Assembly (NCBI GenBank): GCA_017404515.1
Contig: JAFRCG010000004.1
Span: forward strand, 1,156 to 65,155
DNA: 64,000 nucleotides
Direction of reading: 5' to 3'
From: Candidatus Saccharimonadota bacterium
GTDB lineage: Bacteria > Patescibacteriota > Saccharimonadia > Saccharimonadales > Saccharimonadaceae
Positions within the stretch are counted from its first letter, which is position 1, and every line of letters starts with the position of its first letter. Below are positions 1 to 8,501 of this stretch, piece after piece. A model generated the notes under the pieces. That model worked only from the letters and a program-made list of their open reading frames with translations, was not told the DNA's origin and searched no databases. The position numbers and the translations under genes were made by a program.

Positions 1-1147
1 CCCAGCCAGTAGTAGTGCTGACATTCATGTTTTGGACCCTAGAAGCACCGAGGGTAGATGCTTCGTATGGAAGCCCGCCAGTGGAAGCAGTTAGGCCACT
101 ACAATCTGGTGGGCCTGGTGGTGGAGTATTAATGGTAGCACAAGCTTCGGAATAAAAATCATAGGTGTTTTGTTTACCGGTTCTAACACCATTATTTACT
201 ATAACATTCTTCGGCTTGTACCAAATTTGTTGACACACTCTGCCGCTAAGATTCATACTAGCACTAGTATTAACAACAGTCTCCCATTTACCATCCGGAC
301 GCAGTTCCCATCCTCCAGTATTGGATGGAACAATAGAGCCAGATGCAAGAACTGATCCACTAGGGGTTCTAACTTGCCATTCAATTGGAAGATTGCTAGT
401 ACTTGGATCTTCTGCTAGGACAATGCGGTGGGTAAAATGTACAGTATAAGAAGAAACACTGGCATTACGACTGACTGCCATTTCGGTCTTATCATCTAAA
501 CCTGATACTTTGGTAACTGGGCCTTGATCAAAAGTAACAGCAGATGTACTATACACCAATCCTTCTGAGGCTACCTCATCGCCATAGCAAAACCAGTTAA
601 GTGTACTGTTAGGACCCCAAGTGTATCCCCACTTGGCCTCAGCTGGCATGGAATTGAACTTTTGTTGGATGGCTGCTAGAGACTCTCTTGTAGACTGTCC
701 TGTAGCATCACCGGCAGTATCGGTCACAGAAACATCTGTCTTATAGACAACGCCTCCTCCCATGCCACTGAGGCGGCCGAGTCGAACAATACCGCCAGTA
801 CGACCGGTATAATACCCGTCATCACTTGGATTTTTTGATGCGTCATACTCTAGAAATGCCAATGCATAAAAGCCACCATACTTGCGACAAGCCTCGTTAA
901 CCTGAGTAGTATTACCATGGTTCCAGCCAGTAATAGTGACTGGCCCACTACCACCACCATATGAATAATAGAGCCAAGTAGCACCAGCCTTAGCACTGTG
1001 ACGATAGCCTGTAGTAGCTTTTCTACCGCCATCACCTGCACCACCAGCAGCGGCAAAAACCTCAGTAGTGCCAAGTGATAAAGTGATGAGCAACGATACT
1101 ACTATGGCTAAAACAGAGAAATGGGATTTAATACTAATTAGTCTCAT
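1..1147 (-). CDS. secreted protein of unknown function (C-terminal part runs off the window start)
   Basis: Absent from the ORF track because it has no in-window stop. My hand translation of the minus strand from the ATG at 1147 (MRLISIKSHFSVLAIVVSLLITLSLGTTEVFAAAGG...) stays open down to position 1. The N-terminus is hydrophobic and signal-peptide-like. It overlaps the upstream gene's stop by 14 nt. Confidence 0.6.
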   Translation of the reverse strand, partial: MRLISIKSHFSVLAIVVSLLITLSLGTTEVFAAAGGAGDGGRKATTGYRHSAKAGATWLYYSYGGGSGPVTITGWNHGNTTQVNEACRKYGGFYALAFLEYDASKNPSDDGYYTGRTGGIVRLGRLSGMGGGVVYKTDVSVTDTAGDATGQSTRESLAAIQQKFNSMPAEAKWGYTWGPNSTLNWFCYGDEVASEGLVYSTSAVTFDQGPVTKVSGLDDKTEMAVSRNASVSSYTVHFTHRIVLAEDPSTSNLPIEWQVRTPSGSVLASGSIVPSNTGGWELRPDGKWETVVNTSASMNLSGRVCQQIWYKPKNVIVNNGVRTGKQNTYDFYSEACATINTPPPGPPDCSGLTASTGGLPYEASTLGASRVQNMNVSTTTGW

Positions 1148-1886
1148 TTTGGAGCTCCTGAATTACTTGATCTGGGGCACGGTAATTATCGGCGTCTGGG
1201 CCAAGATCCACAACTGGATATTCGTCGTTGCAAAGTTCTTCTTGCTCAGTGGCTCGGTCCTGGTATTCGGTGACAATACTATCATCTGGATCAAACATAT
1301 AATAAGCCAAGGCATAGGCTAAGTAGTAATTAACAACTTGGGCACAATCTAGCATGTCAAACTCTAGCGCTTCGATAAGAGCTAAGCCACGGTCAACAAA
1401 GCCTCTACTCATAAGTTCCCTGGCGTATTCAATAACAAGATCATTGTATTTGAGTTCGTGACGCTCAGCATTAATAATATCAGCATAATAAGTGCGGACA
1501 TCTTCATCGGATTTTTGGGAACCTTCGTGGATGATTTCGGTAAGTTCTGTATCCCAAGCGTCAAGATCTGCATCGCTTAGTCTATCTAGGACTCTACCCT
1601 TCGATGACCAAAGGGTAAGTTGTAAAATAAGCACAACAATCAGTACGCCGATGGCTGAAAGTGTAACAATAGAAATAATTTTGTGACGACCTGCAAATGG
1701 ATGCTTGAAATATGCGACAATTTCTGCCCAAATTTTAGAAAAAAATCCTTTGATGCGAGATGGTTCTTTGCGAGATTGATCTTTATTTGACCCTACAAAA
1801 TAATCTGGAACAGTTTTGTCCGGGATTTTGCTAGAGGAAAACTGGACATTCTGACCTTCTTTATCCATGCCTTTATTTAACCACAA
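1134..1886 (-). CDS. single-pass membrane protein, unknown function
   Basis: 250-aa ORF with one hydrophobic helix (IISIVTLSAIGVLIVVLILQLTLW) and an acidic helical C-terminal domain. It lies in an operon with its neighbours. Confidence 0.55.
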   Translation of the reverse strand: MWLNKGMDKEGQNVQFSSSKIPDKTVPDYFVGSNKDQSRKEPSRIKGFFSKIWAEIVAYFKHPFAGRHKIISIVTLSAIGVLIVVLILQLTLWSSKGRVLDRLSDADLDAWDTELTEIIHEGSQKSDEDVRTYYADIINAERHELKYNDLVIEYARELMSRGFVDRGLALIEALEFDMLDCAQVVNYYLAYALAYYMFDPDDSIVTEYQDRATEQEELCNDEYPVVDLGPDADNYRAPDQVIQELQNETN

Positions 1887-1913
1887 GCGGAAAAAAATAG
1901 CAAGAAAAATGCA

Positions 1914-2336
1914 TTACATGCCAAATATAAACGACATCCACTGTTCAAAATTAGTAGGTTCTTCCGCCTCTTCTTTGACAATGATGTTTTCGTGCTTGTG
2001 CTTGGCAAAGTCAGAATTGGCTGGGAGATAGATGAGGGTTTCGCCATCGGCAATTTTGTTGCGGAGATCACGGGCGGCAAGTTCTTGATATTCTTCTGAA
2101 GCGTAGTATTGGTTCTCTAGTTCTAGTGACTCGATTTCTAGCTGAAGTAAAGATAGCTCATTTTGACGAGCAATGAGGCGTTGTTCTAGCTCCCAGTTGC
2201 GGCTCATGGCGGAGATGGCACCCCAAGTCCAAATTAGACAAAGACCAACACCCACTAAAAAAATAGCGCGCTCCTGGGAAAACCAGTGCTTGATGCGATA
2301 GCCTAAACGCCTGAAAGCGGTCTTGATTCTTTCCAT
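1914..2336 (-). CDS. FtsB/DivIC-like septum formation initiator
   Basis: One TM helix (AIFLVGVGLCLIWTWGAI) followed by a coiled coil (WELEQRLIARQNELSLLQLEIESLELENQYY...EEYQELAARD), as in the FtsB/DivIC family. I moved the start to the internal ATG at 2336 (MERIKT...) because the longer track ORF runs antisense through the tRNA. Confidence 0.6.
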   Translation of the reverse strand: MERIKTAFRRLGYRIKHWFSQERAIFLVGVGLCLIWTWGAISAMSRNWELEQRLIARQNELSLLQLEIESLELENQYYASEEYQELAARDLRNKIADGETLIYLPANSDFAKHKHENIIVKEEAEEPTNFEQWMSFIFGM

Positions 2337-2383
2337 TAATGCTTTTTTATTATACCATTTTATGCTAAAATAAGTCCAGTCCT

Positions 2384-2459
2384 GGGGGCGTAGCTCAGGG
2401 GTTAGAGCAGGCGGCTCATAACCGCTTGGTCGTTGGTTCGAACCCAACCGCCCCCACCA
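2384..2459 (+). tRNA. tRNA-Met (anticodon CAT), CCA encoded; elongator type (Ile2/lysidine identity not excluded)
   Basis: I folded a 76-nt cloverleaf by hand. Acceptor stem GGGGGCG/CGCCCCC, D-stem GCTC/GAGC, anticodon stem GGCGG/CCGCT with loop CTCATAA, T-stem GTTGG/CCAAC with loop TTCGAAC, discriminator A, then CCA. The G1-C72 pair and the lack of three G-C pairs at the base of the anticodon stem argue against an initiator tRNA. Confidence 0.88.
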
Positions 2460-4033
2460 GATTGGTTTTCTTTGATAGAAACCACCGAATCAAAGGGTTC
2501 CTTTAAGAGATAATGGAGCCTTTTTTGGTTATCTAAATACAAGTTCACAAACACTTTTCGCACCAATTCGTCCTTCTGGATTATATCAGCTGCCCTTATC
2601 TTATCGCCAAGTGTTTTCATCAAGTTCACAAACTCTTTTTCTTCCAATCTGAGTGCATCGGGATTCTTTATTTTAGCCTTCAATTCATCGCATTCCTGTT
2701 CTAGTTCTTGATTCTCAATCTCCAAGTCGTTAATCCTCTTATTTGCCCGTTCTTTAACGGTGTCTGAGTTGACGGCAATAATCTTCTGGGCTTCCTTATC
2801 AATCTCGTTCTTGTTTGCCTTAATGACGGCTTGCTTGCTCGAAATACCGCGTCGAATCTCGTCAACAACTTCGTCAGTTATACTATCAAGCTCAGCAAGG
2901 TATCTCTTGTAGGCTTTAGAATTGAATTCCATGCGGTCGAAGATGTCATATATCTGGTCGAACACTTCCCCTGCCATAATACTTTTCTGAGCGCGCTTGC
3001 AATTCTTGTTCCTGCAATCGAAATACAACACTCTGCCACTTTTGTCACCTGGCATATGTCTACCTGGAGCCATTGGGTGTTTGCACTCATCACATATCAC
3101 CATTCCTTTTAATGGGAGAAAGACCTTTCCAGCCTTCACATTTTCTCTATTATACTTCTTAACTTCCTTATACCCGACAGCTTGAGCCTTAATGTAATCT
3201 TCTTCCGTAATCATAGCCTTAAAATCGTAGTGCTCAGCAAGGTGTATTTCACTATTCCCCTGCAATAGAACACCATAGTAAAATGGGTCTTTTAGAAAGA
3301 GTCTGACGGACTCCGCAGATTTGAATGTATCAGTTCGCTTGCCGTTCGGAGAAGTCCTTGAAACCTTATTCTTCTTAAGAAACTTATGGATTTCTTTAAC
3401 TGGTGCTCCGCTAACCCTCATACTCCAGGCATCCCTGATGTAGCCATAGTTCTCGTCAGGAACATAAAACTTTGTTTCCGTATCGCGCTTATACCCCCAC
3501 TTTGGTGCGCCATTCGAGATACCACGAGTAGCATCCTGCTGGACACCACGCTTAACTCGTTCAGAAAGTGCGTCAGAATACTGTTTGGAGAACACGAACA
3601 ACATCCCTAACATCATCTTTCCGCTAGATGTGTTTTCAAATGGATGTTGACAGAACTTAAGGTCAACAATCTCCCAACTGTCTAGCATGTCAATTATAAC
3701 TCCAGCCTCAAGCATGTTCCTGCAGAGTCTATCTGGATGCCATGCGATAATTCCATCATACTTACCTTGCCGAAGTTCCTTTATCATGCCGTCAAAGACC
3801 TTTCGCCGACCAGCAGTTTTGGCTGATTGGCTCTCCATATAAACCTTCACGACATGGAGATTATTTCTCTTGGCTAAGTCCTTACAGAGCTTAACTTGGT
3901 CCGGGATAGAGTGAGCCTGTCTATCTTCACTAGTGGTAGATTTACGGGCGTATATGACGTATCTAAGGGTAGAGAAATCAATGTCCTTGTATTCTTTCCC
4001 TTGGTTCTCTGGCTTATCCTTCCATGGCTTCAT
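2402..4033 (-). CDS. large serine recombinase (resolvase catalytic domain + recombinase domain + zinc ribbon + coiled coil)
   Basis: 543 aa. The N-terminal YVIYARKSTTSEDRQ motif is the resolvase-type catalytic Ser motif. A Cys-rich zinc ribbon follows (CDECKHPM...CRNKNC), then a long C-terminal coiled coil. The last ~19 codons are encoded antisense to the tRNA-Met 3' half. Confidence 0.9.
   Translation of the reverse strand: MKPWKDKPENQGKEYKDIDFSTLRYVIYARKSTTSEDRQAHSIPDQVKLCKDLAKRNNLHVVKVYMESQSAKTAGRRKVFDGMIKELRQGKYDGIIAWHPDRLCRNMLEAGVIIDMLDSWEIVDLKFCQHPFENTSSGKMMLGMLFVFSKQYSDALSERVKRGVQQDATRGISNGAPKWGYKRDTETKFYVPDENYGYIRDAWSMRVSGAPVKEIHKFLKKNKVSRTSPNGKRTDTFKSAESVRLFLKDPFYYGVLLQGNSEIHLAEHYDFKAMITEEDYIKAQAVGYKEVKKYNRENVKAGKVFLPLKGMVICDECKHPMAPGRHMPGDKSGRVLYFDCRNKNCKRAQKSIMAGEVFDQIYDIFDRMEFNSKAYKRYLAELDSITDEVVDEIRRGISSKQAVIKANKNEIDKEAQKIIAVNSDTVKERANKRINDLEIENQELEQECDELKAKIKNPDALRLEEKEFVNLMKTLGDKIRAADIIQKDELVRKVFVNLYLDNQKRLHYLLKEPFDSVVSIKENQSGGGGWVRTNDQAVMSRLL
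2443..2463. repeat. attL-like direct repeat (tRNA positions 60-76 plus 4 nt)
   Basis: Identical to 6697-6717. Confidence 0.85.
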
Positions 4034-4042
4034 TACCCTATA

Positions 4043-4234
4043 TTATACCATATCTCCACCTTTTCTATCTGAGCAGGTAAAGAAGGTTCGGATTTCACCA
4101 TCACTTTCACCTTTACCTTGTAGATGATTCAGCATCGACACCTTATTGAGGCTTGAGTTTGGGGCCTCAGTATCAATACTATTTACTATCCTGACTAGCT
4201 CTACTAGACCACAGCAGGTTTGCTCGTCATTCAT
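4043..4234 (-). CDS. small ORF upstream of the recombinase (possible accessory/directionality factor)
   Basis: 63-aa ORF that ends 9 nt before the recombinase ATG. I recognise no motif; support is positional only. Confidence 0.3.
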   Translation of the reverse strand: MNDEQTCCGLVELVRIVNSIDTEAPNSSLNKVSMLNHLQGKGESDGEIRTFFTCSDRKGGDMV

Positions 4235-4614
4235 ATAACGTTGTTCACCGTGAAACGAGAAAGGCGAAAAGCGAACACGGCAGCCTCTCCTTTAGGAGGC
4301 ATTACGCCGTTCGTCTCTTTTACCTATCAAGTGGCTTAGCGACCTATATCACCACTATCACTCTATTTGGCCGAGCGGATAAATCCTTTGTGCGCGAAGT
4401 AGTTTTTTAGTTGAGGCATTAGTATCTGCCCTTCATTACTATTAGTATATCATTAACTTATAGCATGAACAAGGACGAGCGCTGACGCGCTTCACCAGCA
4501 GAGCTGGTGAGAGAAAAGAGACTATACCCCTCAATAACACCCCGTCAAAATAGGCCCTGTGAGGCTCTGAGAGGCTCTCTGAGGGCCGTTTAAGCAAAAG
4601 AGGTACCCTAACCT

Positions 4615-5370
4615 CTAAAGCGACACTTTCTCCAATACCTCCTGGACTCTATCTAGGTAACTTTCTATGTCGATACTATCTTGCAATTCTAGGAGATGTT
4701 GTTTCCATTCTTTCTCGTTCGCCTTATCTACAATTTTAAGTAATGCCGTAGCAGGCATCATCATCCGCTTAGCAAAAGCCTCAATCATTTCGTTGTCGTT
4801 GCGTTCAAAATCGTATTTGTCGTGGAAAATAGTCTTCAATTTTTTACGCAGTAGAATGACCGCATACTCATATAGCCCAGTCCCGACATTGGTTGCGGTC
4901 TGGATTGTGCTCATAGAATAACGAGCAGCACCAGTTGCGGAAAACATCAAATCACCTGCCTCATTAGTTAAATCCAAACTGATGTCAAAGATTTGGTCTG
5001 CCAGCTCACTGTAGTCGGTATTTCTGGGTGCGTTTTTCAAATGAGCCGAAGATTGCTGATGCGGTGTTTTGCGTGGTGAAGATTTGTGGCTATTAGATAA
5101 TGCCTTGGTATTACTCCGGGCTACTCCAGCCCATACCATCTGGGCGATAAGCATCCATGCGGTGAGTGGTGTTGTTCCGACATACTTGTTCCCTAGGAGT
5201 ATGTAAAGCCCAGGCCTCAGGAAGAAAAATAGCGCAAGAATAAATGCAATAACAAAACTTATCTTCGCGAACTTTGGGTTCCTTTTCATGTTAATCATGC
5301 CAGCGACATTAAAAATTAGAGGAATCAAGTTCCAGCCTAATGCATGGCTAATCATCGTTTCAAAGCTCAT
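4615..5370 (-). CDS. island cargo: membrane protein of unknown function
   Basis: 251 aa. About three N-terminal hydrophobic helices (WNLIPLIFNVAGMINM; ISFVIAFILALFFFL; LTAWMLIAQMVWAGVA) precede a ~150-aa soluble domain. Its start overlaps the upstream ORF's stop in an ATGA junction (5367-5370). Confidence 0.6.
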   Translation of the reverse strand: MSFETMISHALGWNLIPLIFNVAGMINMKRNPKFAKISFVIAFILALFFFLRPGLYILLGNKYVGTTPLTAWMLIAQMVWAGVARSNTKALSNSHKSSPRKTPHQQSSAHLKNAPRNTDYSELADQIFDISLDLTNEAGDLMFSATGAARYSMSTIQTATNVGTGLYEYAVILLRKKLKTIFHDKYDFERNDNEMIEAFAKRMMMPATALLKIVDKANEKEWKQHLLELQDSIDIESYLDRVQEVLEKVSL

Positions 5371-5807
5371 AATCTCCCTTTCTCCTTAACAGATTCTAAT
5401 CGTTGTTGCCAATCGGTAGATTGTAGCTCTTTCACATACTGTTCGTGTCGTTGTTTTATCTCTTGAATTATCTCTTCTTGTGTCTTGCTCTCTTGCATAT
5501 AGCCAGACTCTTTTATTCCAACGATTTCAGCAAACATTAACTGCTCATCATTGGTCATAAGCGAAAGTGGATCTAGGTGCATCTCCCCTAAATCAGCAAG
5601 TATGTCTTCTCCCTTGTGTATATCAGCACAGCCATATACAAGCTCAAGATTCAGTGCGGCATCCACATACATCTCATCAAGTTTAGAGTCAGAAATGCCC
5701 GCATCCCTAAGTAGCTCTGCTGTATGCTTGGTAGAGAGTTGTCCGTATAGGATTCTCCCAATTGCGATTAGCACTTCCTTTCCGAATCTATATTCGTCTG
5801 ATTCCAT
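5367..5807 (-). CDS. island cargo: soluble acidic protein of unknown function
   Basis: I placed the start at the ATG at 5807 (MESDEYRFGKE...), which is preceded by AAGGAG at 9-nt spacing. The longer track ORF (to 5942) has no ribosome-binding site (RBS). Confidence 0.55.
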   Translation of the reverse strand: MESDEYRFGKEVLIAIGRILYGQLSTKHTAELLRDAGISDSKLDEMYVDAALNLELVYGCADIHKGEDILADLGEMHLDPLSLMTNDEQLMFAEIVGIKESGYMQESKTQEEIIQEIKQRHEQYVKELQSTDWQQRLESVKEKGRL

Positions 5808-6474
5808 AGTTAGAGTCTCCTTGTAGCTATAATACTTACAACCACCGTCTCCCGCTACAAAAAGGATGCCACGAGGTGTTAGCATCCAACTCCCACTTTT
5901 CGGTAACCTAGAGCATAGTGCCCTATGATACCTACGTGACATCCTTTCTGGACGCTATGTAGGTCTCTTGGTTACCTTTTTCTTTTCTGTAAATGTGGGA
6001 ATTGGATGTTGCTCATATTTTACCATTAGAACGTGTGTTTGGCAAGCATAAGCCCTACCGCCACCCCATCATCAAAGGCGAAAATCATCAAAGAAAGAAA
6101 CAGAGAGATTGAGTGGAACCATTAAAATCTAATCGGGCGGAAAATCCTTGGCAACATTTAATCTAATCTGTTAGTAAATAAAACACCAAAGAAAGTATAT
6201 GAGTGATACTATCATTGAGTTTGTGGTGTAAAGCATTGGAAATCACCCTACAAGCAAGCTCACTAAACCAGCTAGCCCAGGGGGCTCTGGTAGGGGGTAT
6301 AATTCAGGAACAGGGAGGATGATGCGCCCGATTTATGGCGATATGTTATAGAGCCTGTGTAGTAAAATGCACTCCAATGACACAGGTAATCTCATAAAGA
6401 TATACTATCATAAGACAACCAACCTAACTAAACAACCGAGAGATTCGGCCCGAATTTACCACAAACAACAGAAC

Positions 6475-6491
6475 AGCGCCCTTCGGGCGCT
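6475..6491 (-). terminator. GC-only hairpin with a UUCG-type loop, followed on the minus strand by a U-rich tract
   Basis: agcgcccttcgggcgct. The minus-strand continuation is tgttctgttgtttg. Confidence 0.4.
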
Positions 6492-6696
6492 TGGGAAAGA
6501 CGTGGGAGAGTTATGCTAAGATATTGCTGTTCACAACGATTCGGCCTGTATTACTTTGGTCGCTGTTTTCTCAGGTAATAGTGCTCAGTATGGTCAAAAT
6601 ACCCCTTAGATGGAGAGAGGCAGAAATAGTGATGGCCGTTGTTTGCCATCAGGAAATTGACAACTTTTTCACTGCGCCCCTTAAGTTCACAAACCT

Positions 6697-6717
6697 CCCA
6701 ACCGCCCCCACCAGATT
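6697..6717. repeat. attR-like direct repeat (displaced tRNA-Met 3' end)
   Basis: Identical to 2443-2463. Confidence 0.85.
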
Positions 6718-6726
6718 TTATCTAGC

Positions 6727-6748
6727 TCGGCAAAATTGCCGGTTTTTT
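6727..6748 (+). terminator. small hairpin plus T6 run just downstream of the displaced tRNA 3' end
   Basis: cggca-aaat-tgccg, then g and tttttt (6743-6748). The position fits the original tRNA-Met terminator, now separated from the tRNA by the island. Confidence 0.4.
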
Positions 6749-6887
6749 GGTGGTAGATTTCTGTTAAGTACTTTGCGAAGTTTAGGAGCTATTTTGGCGT
6801 TTTTCAAAAAGGAGGCCCGTGATATAATTAAGGTAACGAGTTGTTTATGGTGGGCCTGCTTGGTGGATAAAACTAAAAAGGAGGCAA

Positions 6888-7715
6888 ATGAATAACAAAG
6901 ACAAAATACAATTATTTGAAAACACTCCGGTGCGTCACGAATGGGATGCAGACAAGGAGGAATGGTTGTTTTCGGTGGTGGATGTGGTGGCTGTACTAAC
7001 AGAACAACCAGAATACGACGCCGCTCGCAAATACTGGAAGGTACTTAAAGGTAGACTGAAAGAAGAAGGCAGTGAGTTGGTAACAAATTGTTACCAACTG
7101 AGATTAAAATCGTCAAAAGACGGCAAGAAATATTTAACGGATGTCATGACCACTGAGCAAATCTTGCGTCTCGTCCAATCTATTCCGTCTAAAAAAGCTG
7201 AGCCGTTTAAGGTCTGGCTCGCCAAAGTAGGCAACGAGCGCATCGAGGAAACTATCGACCCCGAGAAAGCAATCGACCGCGCCATGGAGACTTATCTCAA
7301 GAAGGGCTATTCTGAGGAGTGGATTCACCAGCGCCTACTTTCTATTCGTGTTCGCAACAATCTTACCGATGAGTGGAAAAACCGTGGCGTTAAGAAAGGC
7401 ATTGAATACGCCATCCTGACGGATGAAATCACCAAAGCTTGGTCTGGCATGACTACTAAGGAATATAAAAATCATAAAGGCTTAAAGAAAGAAAATCTCC
7501 GCGACAATATGACCGATCTAGAGCTCGTTCTAACCATGCTCTCCGAAGCCAGCACTACCGAACTTGCAAAAGTCGAAAATCCACAAGGATTCCTAGAGAA
7601 TCAAAAAATCGCCCGTCGTGGTGGTAAAATCGCAGGCAACGCTCGCGCCGAAATTGAAGCCGAAACTGGTCGTAAAGTTATTTCATCAAGTTCTGCTCCA
7701 GAGCTTGGGCTATGA
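6888..7715 (+). CDS. Bro-N domain protein (DinD / phage antirepressor-like)
   Basis: 275 aa. The N-terminus (FENTPVRHEWDADKEEWLFSVVDVVAVLTE...KYWKVLKGRLKEEG) matches my memory of the Bro-N fold pattern. A strong SD (AAGGAGG) precedes the ATG. Confidence 0.65.
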   Translation: MNNKDKIQLFENTPVRHEWDADKEEWLFSVVDVVAVLTEQPEYDAARKYWKVLKGRLKEEGSELVTNCYQLRLKSSKDGKKYLTDVMTTEQILRLVQSIPSKKAEPFKVWLAKVGNERIEETIDPEKAIDRAMETYLKKGYSEEWIHQRLLSIRVRNNLTDEWKNRGVKKGIEYAILTDEITKAWSGMTTKEYKNHKGLKKENLRDNMTDLELVLTMLSEASTTELAKVENPQGFLENQKIARRGGKIAGNARAEIEAETGRKVISSSSAPELGL

Positions 7716-7788
7716 TAGCCACTCTAGTCTTCATTGCAAACTGTCAACCCGGGCAATTTCGCCCCCCACCAAAAATTGCAGAAAAAAT

Positions 7789-7808
7789 GAGGCGCAGTAA
7801 TGCGCCTC
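7789..7808. terminator. bidirectional intrinsic terminator between convergent genes
   Basis: gaggcgca-gtaa-tgcgcctc, flanked by an A-run upstream and T residues downstream. Confidence 0.6.
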
Positions 7809-7815
7809 TTATGGA

Positions 7816-8412
7816 TTACTTTATGAGTACCCATGTGAAGTCCTCTGGTTCTACGGGCCAAACTTTGTAGTTTTTGTTGACATAGCTTGAGACAAGTACA
7901 TTACCGTCTTCAAGCTCTTTCTCGAACCAAACTACTATGCCCCACTCGCTGATATCGGGATTTATGCCAATATAGCGGTGGCCGTTGCGCGGTGTCTGCG
8001 TTGCCGCAGGATGATAGCCAGCTTCAGCTAAAAACTGGACCCATCGATAAGCATCAAGACGCTCTTTTGTTGTCTTTTGCGGCCAGATTCCAGTTGTCTC
8101 AAACACCTTCCAAGCACAATAGCTCGTGGCGTATTTTACGACACACAAGCTTTGATCGGAAATGAGCGTGTAACTTTCTGAATTATCGTCCTCCTCCCAG
8201 TTTGCGAATTCCGGATCTGAATACGGCCAAGGATAAGTATCAATAATTTCCCCGGACTTATAAGCTTCGGAGAACTTTTTCCCCGGTCCTTCCCAATACT
8301 TTCTTGCGGCATTGCGGTACTTTTCCCGGTTTATTTTCCGAAGAAGCCGGTTTTTGTTCCATTTTGGACAAGATTTCTTTGCCCATTTGTTTACTTGGTC
8401 TACCTTTTCCAT
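7816..8412 (-). CDS. CHAP-like cysteine amidase/peptidase without signal peptide (endolysin-like)
   Basis: A Cys motif (ATSYCAWKVFETTG) and a downstream His motif (GHRYIGI...DGNVLVSSYVN) have CHAP-like spacing. I placed the start at the ATG at 8412, which follows AGGAGG; the track start is a GTG abutting the SD. Confidence 0.5.
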   Translation of the reverse strand: MEKVDQVNKWAKKSCPKWNKNRLLRKINREKYRNAARKYWEGPGKKFSEAYKSGEIIDTYPWPYSDPEFANWEEDDNSESYTLISDQSLCVVKYATSYCAWKVFETTGIWPQKTTKERLDAYRWVQFLAEAGYHPAATQTPRNGHRYIGINPDISEWGIVVWFEKELEDGNVLVSSYVNKNYKVWPVEPEDFTWVLIK

Positions 8413-8501
8413 ATTTAACACCTCCTGAAATGTGAATGTACAACTTATATTTATATTTTACTATATTTTTTGTATATTGTCAACAGAACTGGACTGTTGG
8501 T

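Larger units (their letters stand above)
2443..6717. mobile_element. ~4.3-kb integrative island inserted at the 3' end of tRNA-Met, bounded by 21-nt direct repeats
   Basis: An exact 21-nt direct repeat, cccaaccgcccccaccagatt, occurs at 2443-2463 and 6697-6717. The serine recombinase lies immediately inside the tRNA-proximal end. All island genes are on the minus strand. Confidence 0.75.

Noticed and set aside
1914-2447. Long (177-aa) version of the FtsB-like ORF
   Set aside because: The N-terminal 37 codons are antisense to the tRNA-Met gene. The internal ATG at 2336 gives a normal FtsB/DivIC-sized protein.
2384-2459. Possibility that the CAT tRNA is the initiator tRNA-fMet
   Set aside because: Positions 1:72 form a G-C pair, and the anticodon stem lacks the three consecutive G-C pairs characteristic of bacterial initiators. 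Ile2 (lysidine) identity cannot be excluded from sequence alone.
4360-4395. tRNA-like fragment (ggccgagcggataaatcc resembles a class II tRNA D-arm)
   Set aside because: I could not fold an acceptor stem, anticodon arm or T-arm around it. It is probably coincidental or a very decayed fragment.
6491-6895. 134-aa plus-strand ORF in the ORF-free island end
   Set aside because: It runs straight across the attR repeat and the tRNA-terminator-like hairpin, and overlaps the SD and start of the Bro-N gene. It has no RBS and has low-complexity hydrophobic content. It is most likely a chance ORF.
7744-7777. Fourth, degenerate copy of the tRNA 3' end
   Set aside because: It matches only after allowing an insertion and an extra C. 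I mention it as supporting context in a finding, but it is too weak to annotate as a repeat feature.
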